From assembly GCA_048939465.1 (NCBI GenBank), contig JBHLPL010000085.1, forward strand, positions 1 to 8,306: a stretch of DNA of 8,306 nt. Direction: 5' to 3'. A program made the position numbers and the translations under genes. Shown here one piece after another: positions 1 to 6,268 of this stretch; within the stretch, counting starts at the first letter, position 1; every line of letters starts with the position of its first letter. The notes beneath the pieces are model-generated. The model was not told where the DNA came from, made no database searches, and was given only the letters and a program-made list of their open reading frames with translations. Source of the stretch: Promethearchaeota archaeon (lineage in GTDB: Archaea > Asgardarchaeota > Odinarchaeia > Odinarchaeales > JBHLKK01).

Positions 1-34
1 TTTTTCCCCTTGAGAGAAGAAATGAAATTGGTGA

Positions 35-994
35 ATGAAAGAAATGTCAAAGGGTGCTATTTCAAAATCTGAGGATCGTGTGCCAAAATCCCCCGCCCGT
101 TGTCCCGAATGTAGTGGACTCGATTTTGTTAGGGATTACAGTAGAGGGGAAACCATTTGTGGCACTTGCGGTCTGGTAATTAGTGATCATATTGTTGATT
201 CAGGTCCTGAGTGGAGGGCTTTTACAACAGAGGAAAAGAATCTGAGAAGTCGTGTGGGCGCTCCAATGACTTTGAGAATGGCTGATAAGGGATTAAGTAC
301 AATGATCGGAAAACAGGACACCGATAGCTTCGGCAAAAAGCTTACTGCCGGACGCAGACGCCTGATGCACCGCCTGAGAAAATGGAACTTCCGCAGCATT
401 GTCCACTCGTCCAAAAGGCGCAATTTAGCCCACGCGCTTTCTGAGATGCAAAGACTGTCCAGTCAGATTGGCCTATCGAAAGATATAATGGAGGGTGCTG
501 CCTTACTGTATCGGAAAGTCATCGAGCAAGGATTAACCCGTGGTCGCTCGATAGACGCAATGATCGCAGCTTCTCTTTATCTTGCTTGCAGGCTTCACGG
601 ATTACCTAGACCGCTTGATGAAATCGAGCGATACTCCCGCTTCGATAGAAAGGAACTTGGATACTGCGTAAGGACTATCCTTTCCAAACTCAATCTCAAG
701 GTTCCTAGGGCAAGTGCCAACGATTTCATACCGAGGTTCGGTAATGAGCTTGGACTATCCACAAAAACTCAGCGCAAGGCTATTGAGATTCTGAATTCTG
801 CGAGAACAAAAGGACTAACCAGCGGAAAAGATCCAACGGGGCTAGCCGCAGCATCTTTATACATTGCCTCTATGTTGGAGGGTGAGCGAAGAACTCAATC
901 CGAAGTTTCAAAGGTTGTTGCAGTAACGGAAGTTACAGTCCGAAATCGATACAGGGAATTAATTAGAGAACTCAATATAAATCTTGGCAAATAA
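35..994 (+). CDS. tfb: Transcription initiation factor IIB (archaeal TFB)
   Basis: N-terminal Zn ribbon CPEC...CGTCG; B-reader/linker motifs DSGPEWRAF, SRVGAP and DKGLST; two cyclin-fold repeats (GLTRGRSIDAMIAASLYLACR and GLTSGKDPTGLAAASLYIAS); C-terminal HTH RTQSEVSKVVAVTEVTVRNRYREL. The true start may be the in-frame ATG at 44, which lies 9 nt after a GGTGA SD-like motif (30-34). Confidence 0.98.
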   Translation: MKEMSKGAISKSEDRVPKSPARCPECSGLDFVRDYSRGETICGTCGLVISDHIVDSGPEWRAFTTEEKNLRSRVGAPMTLRMADKGLSTMIGKQDTDSFGKKLTAGRRRLMHRLRKWNFRSIVHSSKRRNLAHALSEMQRLSSQIGLSKDIMEGAALLYRKVIEQGLTRGRSIDAMIAASLYLACRLHGLPRPLDEIERYSRFDRKELGYCVRTILSKLNLKVPRASANDFIPRFGNELGLSTKTQRKAIEILNSARTKGLTSGKDPTGLAAASLYIASMLEGERRTQSEVSKVVAVTEVTVRNRYRELIRELNINLGK

Positions 995-1000
995 TCCTCC

Positions 1001-1034
1001 CTTCTTTTTTTGAAGCTACTGTTTTTTCATTTTG
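1001..1034 (+). terminator. Putative archaeal oligo(T) terminator downstream of tfb
   Basis: T7 run at 1005-1011, followed by T6 (1022-1027) and further T tracts, starting about 10 nt after the tfb stop codon. Confidence 0.55.
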
Positions 1035-1064
1035 TTCTGCTCTTTCAGTGTATATCCCCCGCTA

Positions 1065-1083
1065 GAACAGAAATATTTAAAAA
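1065..1083 (+). promoter_or_regulatory. Putative BRE/TATA promoter for the small membrane-protein gene
   Basis: Purine-rich GAACAGAAA followed by TATTTAAAAA, roughly 20-45 nt upstream of the candidate starts at 1100 and 1121. Confidence 0.45.
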
Positions 1084-1099
1084 GACCGTGTAAGGGGTA

Positions 1100-1315
1100 T
1101 TGCATATCCAAGAATTATGGGTGAAGCATTTGATACTGTATCCTGCTCTAGGGAGTCTTTTTATTGTCATTGGCATTTTGGTCGCTCTGTGGCTTATTGT
1201 GCATATTGAAGTCGGGCGAGAGTTTTCATATAGGAAGACAATTGCATCAATAATTCTTCTTTCAATCCTTCTGGGCTTCGGTATACATTTTATTATGTTA
1301 GCCTTTGGTGGCTGA
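1100..1315 (+). CDS. Small two-TM membrane protein, OST5/TMEM258 (UPF0197)-like oligosaccharyltransferase subunit
   Basis: Two hydrophobic helices. YPALGSLFIVIGILVALWLIV and SILLGFGIHFIMLAFG match, without gaps in each block, the recalled human TMEM258 segments [21 protein letters not shown] and SLFMGFGVLFLLLWVG. The start is uncertain (TTG 1100 or GTG 1121). Confidence 0.75.
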   Translation: MHIQELWVKHLILYPALGSLFIVIGILVALWLIVHIEVGREFSYRKTIASIILLSILLGFGIHFIMLAFGG

Positions 1316-1318
1316 CTC

Positions 1319-1339
1319 GAACAGAATAACCTTTATATC
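1319..1339 (+). promoter_or_regulatory. Putative BRE/TATA promoter for the 1425-4545 gene run
   Basis: GAACAGAATAAC followed by TTTATATC in the 1316-1424 intergenic gap. Confidence 0.35.
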
Positions 1340-1424
1340 TTTATCAACGAAAGGTATTTATCAGATTAAACGGATATTTCTTTTAATCGTCTGGCTCTGA
1401 AGATGTCTTCATCAAGATCGGGGT

Positions 1425-3032
1425 ATGCTAATGTTCAAGCGCAGAGATAAAGGAGAACAATCGCGGTTTCGGATAAGTCGAGAGCTGGCAAAGGAATTTG
1501 AGACAATATACGATTTCAAGGAAAAGGTAAGCAGAGTTCAATCAAGAGAAGCCGAGAAAATCTCAAACCACTTCAACACATCCATCCAAATAGCTAAGGC
1601 AATCTGCCAACTAGAGCGAGATGGAGTAAAAGGGGAAACGGCACATGAGTTGTTTCAGTGGGCGCAAATGATTAGAGAGGAAATGCGTGTGCCTGTTCCT
1701 CAAGTATCATCCTATCTTTTCAATTTTGCGGTGGGCGAAGGAGTATGGATAGAATACCTTTACATCAAGTTTCACTCTGTACTTGAAAAAGCACTGATGA
1801 GCCTTGCTAATCTCGAAAGAGCTTTCGAGAAGGAGGATACTATCCCAGCTGAGAAAATCGTAGGTATAATAGATGCACGTAGAGATGTTGTTGAAACCCT
1901 GATCGGTCCACTAATGGATAAATGGAAGAAGGAGCATGAAAATGCTCCAAGTATTTACGCAGCTCAGGCCATAGTCTCGGCAGCTCTGAAGACCCCTCCT
2001 GGGCGTGCCATCCATATTATGGAAAAAGCCAAGCTTGAGCTTCAGAAAGCACTATTTCATCTAGATAGTTCTTTGGAAAAAGAGAGCCTCCCGGAAGATG
2101 GAGTTCCGGTCAAAATCAGGGTCTTGAAACTTCGGATGCATCTATTAAGTCCTCTCTCAAAACTTGAAGATATGGCGTTGGCGGAAGTTGTTTTGAACGC
2201 GTGCCCGAGACCTGAGGCAATCTATGTCGAAGGAGAACATCCAAGTGTTTTAGTTCATTCGCCAGTGCTTCGAGGGGGGCTTGTGGGGCCTGAACTCAAA
2301 ACATCTTCGGACTTTCTTGAGCGTGACGTTTTCTTGGCAAGACGTCGCGATGAATCAGAACGTGACGCGTTTTTGTTGAATCGTGTCAAAAGAGCTCACA
2401 GAACGCTGGTTCTTCAAGGAAACAATCCAGTCTCTGCTGCTGCCAAGTTGATATCTGATATGTCACATCGTTTTAAGGCATCCCCCGTCGATGAAATAGA
2501 AGCAAAAAGAATGATTATCGAGAAAGCTGCCGGCGCGGAGAAGTTTGGTGAATTCATTAGGAAGATGAGGATTGCAAAATCGATCGATGAACCAAGAAAA
2601 TCGGTCATTTCAGAGACTACTTCTAGGATACCCAACGAGTCGTTATTGGAAGAAACTGAGCACACGGCGATGGTGCGTGGAGTGATTAGTGAAGAACCGG
2701 GAATCGAAGTCGAGGAAGAACTCGCTGAGGACCTCAATGAAGAAGCCGCGGAAGAACCCGCAGAAGGAGTCACAAACCTTGACGGCAAAACTGGAGAAGG
2801 AATGGAGGCGGCAACAAGCCGCGAAGAAACTGTGACTGAAGGACTACTGGAAGAATCTCCCAGAAACCTTGATGATAATGCTGTCAGGGAAGTTATGAGA
2901 GAGATTTCCGAAAAGGACATCGAAAAGCTGGGTCTGCCGGAAGAAGAAATAGTGAAGTCGCTTGCATCGTTGATAAAAGAGACCTTTGTGGAGAATAATG
3001 CAGACGAACTGGAGAACAAAACGGATGAATAA
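1425..3032 (+). CDS. Hypothetical protein: about 390-aa mostly helical region plus about 140-aa acidic low-complexity tail
   Basis: Long uninterrupted ORF with no recognisable catalytic motif. The last 140 aa contain 43 D/E by hand count. A GGGGT motif (1420-1424) suggests the in-frame ATG at 1431 as an alternative start. Confidence 0.85.
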   Translation: MLMFKRRDKGEQSRFRISRELAKEFETIYDFKEKVSRVQSREAEKISNHFNTSIQIAKAICQLERDGVKGETAHELFQWAQMIREEMRVPVPQVSSYLFNFAVGEGVWIEYLYIKFHSVLEKALMSLANLERAFEKEDTIPAEKIVGIIDARRDVVETLIGPLMDKWKKEHENAPSIYAAQAIVSAALKTPPGRAIHIMEKAKLELQKALFHLDSSLEKESLPEDGVPVKIRVLKLRMHLLSPLSKLEDMALAEVVLNACPRPEAIYVEGEHPSVLVHSPVLRGGLVGPELKTSSDFLERDVFLARRRDESERDAFLLNRVKRAHRTLVLQGNNPVSAAAKLISDMSHRFKASPVDEIEAKRMIIEKAAGAEKFGEFIRKMRIAKSIDEPRKSVISETTSRIPNESLLEETEHTAMVRGVISEEPGIEVEEELAEDLNEEAAEEPAEGVTNLDGKTGEGMEAATSREETVTEGLLEESPRNLDDNAVREVMREISEKDIEKLGLPEEEIVKSLASLIKETFVENNADELENKTDE

Positions 3033-3043
3033 AAGGTGATTTC

Positions 3044-3814
3044 ATGCCCGCTCTATATTGGCTTCTAGATGTCTACATGCCTGATTTTCAATTAGGCTAC
3101 GGAAACGTAGAGCTAAAGGGAAAGGTGTTAATAACCTCAAACCAACTCTGGTCTCTAATGGGAGAGAATACTGTAAGATCGTCTCTGATAGGACCTGGCT
3201 ATATCTTCGGTCAAGGAACGCTAAAAGGAAGCCCGGTCACGTTCGAGTCACCGATTGGAGCGCTTATAATGGACCCGACGGAGTTGAGACCTCATGCTCC
3301 TGTTCCCTTAATAGATATCATAACTCCTGAGGTAATTGACCCGTTGGAGACTAGTTCTCCGGAAACAATTAAGGAGAATATCATGAAGATCGTAATTAGA
3401 AAGGGACAGGTTCTCGGACCTGTAAAAGTTGCTGAAGTACACGAAATGACCAATATCCCAATGACGGCGTTTGAAGAAGATGTGACTAGAGAGTTGCACA
3501 TATCACACGTTTCAGGAATTGAAAGAGCGAAGTTCATTCTAGCTGGAAAGAACCGACGTTTGTTCGATCCCTTTGTGAGACTGATAAAGCGAGGTAAGTA
3601 TCAAAACCCCCACAACTTAAGAATCCTCCGAGTGGACAAAAAACGAATCGATGAATTTATGGACGCGGACAGGCTTGGAGAATGGGTAATCATCGAAAAA
3701 GCTCAAGAGCTGACTCCGGAGATAAGGAGCAATACTTTAGAAGAATTCAGGAAGGAATATGAGTTAGCATATAATGATATAAGGAAGAATTGGGCAGCAT
3801 ATATATATTACTAA
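3044..3814 (+). CDS. Hypothetical protein (256 aa), probably co-transcribed with its neighbours
   Basis: Strong SD-like AGGTGAT at 3034-3040 just before ATG 3044, and an 11-nt gap from the upstream stop. No confident family match. Confidence 0.85.
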   Translation: MPALYWLLDVYMPDFQLGYGNVELKGKVLITSNQLWSLMGENTVRSSLIGPGYIFGQGTLKGSPVTFESPIGALIMDPTELRPHAPVPLIDIITPEVIDPLETSSPETIKENIMKIVIRKGQVLGPVKVAEVHEMTNIPMTAFEEDVTRELHISHVSGIERAKFILAGKNRRLFDPFVRLIKRGKYQNPHNLRILRVDKKRIDEFMDADRLGEWVIIEKAQELTPEIRSNTLEEFRKEYELAYNDIRKNWAAYIYY

Positions 3815-3840
3815 ATCCATCTGACATCGGGTTGTCATTT

Positions 3841-4545
3841 ATGATCGGAAAAGTTGAGATTCATCCGGTGGCTCTGGCAAAGATTCTAGAGCATACTGCC
3901 TTCACGAATTTAGAGAGAGCCGGTCTTCTAATTGGCCGATTGAGGAATGAATCTCTTTTGATTACTGATGCGGCGATCACGAGGCAGAAAGGGACGGCAA
4001 CTCACGTGAAACTCAAGGATATAGACCAAGCATCACTAGCTGAATTCCTGCGGAAACAATCCACGGGCGAAATAGTATGTGGCTGGTATCACTCCCACCC
4101 GAAAATGGGTGCTGATTTCTTCTCTTCAATTGACAAAGATACACAGCGAAGATATCAAGAACTATTTCCGAATGCTGTAGGACTAGTCGTCGATCCTGCC
4201 AAATTTGCTGTGACTCGCAAATTCAAAGATGCAGACGTTCACGTTTATCGCGTAGAAAAGGGCAAGCTTAAAGAGCCCCCCTTCAAGCTGATATCCCGTC
4301 CCGAAGAGGTCGTGGAGAACACTGTAACAGTTATCCATAGGGAAAAGGCCGAGCTCACAGACATACTGGACAAGATTACAGAAAGACTTCGTGAATTATA
4401 TAGCAAGACGGGCTTTTTGCCGAAGGATTATGTCACCAAGAAAGATCTCAGAAAATTGAGTAGCGACTTGGTCGTAACAATGCTGGGGTGGACTTTTATT
4501 GTAATTATTCTCCTAATCATGGTAACCATACTTATGACTTTTTGA
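3841..4545 (+). CDS. JAMM/MPN+ (Rpn11/CSN5-like) zinc metalloprotease/isopeptidase with a C-terminal transmembrane anchor
   Basis: Catalytic Glu in NLERAGLLIG (E25); GWYHSHPKMGADFFSSID (H84, H86, S95, D98); Rpn11-like flanks QKGTATHV and AVGLVVDP; C-terminal 25-aa uncharged hydrophobic segment LVVTMLGWTFIVIILLIMVTILMTF. ATG 3841 is preferred over the overlapping TTG 3790 because the MPN beta-1/helix (KVEIHPVALAKILEH) starts immediately after it. Confidence 0.9.
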   Translation: MIGKVEIHPVALAKILEHTAFTNLERAGLLIGRLRNESLLITDAAITRQKGTATHVKLKDIDQASLAEFLRKQSTGEIVCGWYHSHPKMGADFFSSIDKDTQRRYQELFPNAVGLVVDPAKFAVTRKFKDADVHVYRVEKGKLKEPPFKLISRPEEVVENTVTVIHREKAELTDILDKITERLRELYSKTGFLPKDYVTKKDLRKLSSDLVVTMLGWTFIVIILLIMVTILMTF

Positions 4546-4585
4546 TTCTTCGTAGGTAATGATTCCTTTGGTTCTGTAGCTTTGC

Positions 4586-4621
4586 TATAAAAAAGCTTAA
4601 AACCTACTATTATATATTTAA
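4586..4621 (+). promoter_or_regulatory. AT-rich promoter region with BRE/TATA-like elements upstream of the longin-like gene
   Basis: AAAAAAGCTTAAAA (4589-4602) and TTATATATTTAA (4610-4621) in a 139-nt AT-rich gap; SD-like AGGAG at 4674-4678 before ATG 4685. Confidence 0.5.
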
Positions 4622-4684
4622 TTTGGGATACAATAATTAAGGAGTTCCCTTCTAAATATATTCAGAGATCAGTAGGAGATATCT

Positions 4685-5773
4685 ATGCCTAAGGGTATAG
4701 TCGTTATTAGGTGGGATGATAAAGTAGGGGCTGTACTAGAAGCCAAACATCCATCAGGATTCGAAATTGATCAGGAGCATATAATGAGAATTTTCACGAC
4801 TCATGCCCTAGGTGCTGCAAATCCAGGTTTTATGAGTATGAGAATAGAAGACCTGAATGTTGCAAGCTACTATACAGGGATTATGTCTGCAGGTCAGAAT
4901 CAATACTGTATTTCGCTAATCCTTAAAGAGGGAGAGGATGCTGATTCTTTTGAAGAGTCGCTTTCTGAAGCGGCAAAAGGGATTCTAGAGCAATCAGGCC
5001 CGCAAGGGATGACGGACTTCATTTCTACGGTCTATGAAAGGTTTGCCAGAATAGCTGAAATAGAAGATGAACAACGATACGCAATGATATTTAGCGATCC
5101 TCTGCGTGTGCTAGTCCTGCAGAAATTCATTGAGGGTAGCATAACAAAATCTGAGCTGAAGGCATGGCTTGAAGAAAGAACTGGCAGAGAAATAGCAGAC
5201 CTAGATATTCTTCTTTCTCCATTTATGAAGACGGAACTGGTAAAATCAGCTTTTGTGGAAGGCATTCCTGACGAATGTCTTTTCCTCGTCAAGGATGTTT
5301 TCGCGACTCGTGCTCCTATGGCCGAGCTGCGCCGGTCAATCCAGGGAACGATCATTCCTGGGGAAATAGGAGAGCAACACTTGGAAGAAGTGGAAAAGTA
5401 TTTCAAGGAATATAGGTCTACTCCGGATGACACATCCCGCTTCTCAAAAGCCCTATCCAACCCTGACATTTACTTGATCATCAAAATGCTTCGAGAAGGA
5501 GTATATCACCTCGAAGAACTCGAAGCCAAACTGAACATCAACAACGAAGAGTCTTTTCACGATCTAATCGATCAACTCAAGGAACTTGACGTTATCAATG
5601 ACGTAAAGGATAGTGAAGGAAAGGACTGGCTAGTCCTCAAATCGGATTTGAAATACGCTACGTTCTTCCCTGAGTATTTGATAGATGTCATTAGAAAAAG
5701 ATGGAATGAGGGCACCCTGGAACAGAGACAGGCGGTAAAGCATCTGGAGCTACTTAAAGAGTCTTATTCGTAA
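4685..5773 (+). CDS. Longin (uDENN/NPR2-like) domain protein with two C-terminal winged-helix-like repeats
   Basis: The N-terminal pattern fits longin topology: beta-beta (GIVVIRWDDKVGAVLEAKHP), helix, beta-beta-beta (FMSMRI, NVASYYTG, YCISLIL), helix, helix. Two later similar units (SDPLRVLVLQKF...ELVK and SNPDIYLIIKML...LDVI) look like wHTH domains. SD-like AGGAG upstream and tandem TAA TAA stops. Confidence 0.7.
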   Translation: MPKGIVVIRWDDKVGAVLEAKHPSGFEIDQEHIMRIFTTHALGAANPGFMSMRIEDLNVASYYTGIMSAGQNQYCISLILKEGEDADSFEESLSEAAKGILEQSGPQGMTDFISTVYERFARIAEIEDEQRYAMIFSDPLRVLVLQKFIEGSITKSELKAWLEERTGREIADLDILLSPFMKTELVKSAFVEGIPDECLFLVKDVFATRAPMAELRRSIQGTIIPGEIGEQHLEEVEKYFKEYRSTPDDTSRFSKALSNPDIYLIIKMLREGVYHLEELEAKLNINNEESFHDLIDQLKELDVINDVKDSEGKDWLVLKSDLKYATFFPEYLIDVIRKRWNEGTLEQRQAVKHLELLKESYS

Positions 5774-5797
5774 TAACCCAGCTTGAGGCTGATTCAA

Positions 5798-6214
5798 ATG
5801 CAAATCGATGAAGATATGATAAATCAAATCATTTTGGAATACATTACCAAAATAAACTCGAACTGGCATAGCAATGTGTTCACAAGCGCGAGACTGGCCA
5901 GGATAGCTTTAGAAAGATTAGATGACAAAAGAACTAGATTTCCGACAGTCCACTCTGTAGTTAGGAAGACGCTTAAGAATCTGGCAGAAGAAGGATTATG
6001 CACGTATGTGACTACGACCAAGTTGGGACGTTGCAGAAAAACAAAAGACGTGTACAGGTTTAACTCCTCCGGAATTCGATTGGTTAAGCGGAGATTGATT
6101 GAGGAGAGTATAAAGGGCATAAACAGAGGGCAGGAATTCAGCTACGGCATACTCCGAACCAGAGAAAGAACAATAAAAGCCCTTATCGCGAGAATCACAA
6201 GACCTGCTTTTTGA
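5798..6214 (+). CDS. Basic winged-helix protein, putative DNA-binding regulator (PadR/MarR-like fold)
   Basis: 138 aa from ATG 5798 (the track uses TTG 5783). Three helices, then VRKTLKNLAEEGLC, a wing, and KDVYRFNSSGIRLV. Hand count gives 28 K/R versus 14 D/E. Confidence 0.6.
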   Translation: MQIDEDMINQIILEYITKINSNWHSNVFTSARLARIALERLDDKRTRFPTVHSVVRKTLKNLAEEGLCTYVTTTKLGRCRKTKDVYRFNSSGIRLVKRRLIEESIKGINRGQEFSYGILRTRERTIKALIARITRPAF

Positions 6215-6268
6215 GAGTACCAAAGACATTTATACGAGTTTCTTGTTCTCAATTTGTTGTGAGATAAA

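Noticed and set aside
187-423. 78-aa minus-strand ORF
   Set aside because: Lies entirely antisense to the highly conserved tfb.
2414-3019. 201-aa Ser-rich minus-strand ORF
   Set aside because: Antisense shadow of the Glu-rich tail of 1425..3032; it has low complexity and no protein-like motif.
2900-3032. Possible ESCRT-III MIM motif at the end of the 535-aa protein
   Set aside because: The sequence does not fit MIM1 (D/E-xx-L-xx-R-L-xx-L-K/R) or proline-rich MIM2.
3292-3537. Two short minus-strand ORFs (3292..3537 and 3308..3499)
   Set aside because: Antisense to 3044..3814, which has a strong SD motif and operon context; no motifs.
3790-3840. 17-aa N-terminal extension of the JAMM ORF from TTG 3790
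   Set aside because: Overlaps the upstream gene's end, and MPN homology begins right after ATG 3841.
4546-4684. AT-rich gap considered as a replication origin, ncRNA or CRISPR leader
   Set aside because: No ORB-like or direct repeats, no stable hairpin or tRNA fold seen, and no adjacent cdc6 or array; promoter elements explain it.
5032-5469. 145-aa minus-strand ORF
   Set aside because: Ser/Arg-rich shadow of the longin-WH gene.
5824-6229. Minus-strand ORFs 5824..6120 and 5996..6229
   Set aside because: Antisense to the wHTH gene; no independent signals.
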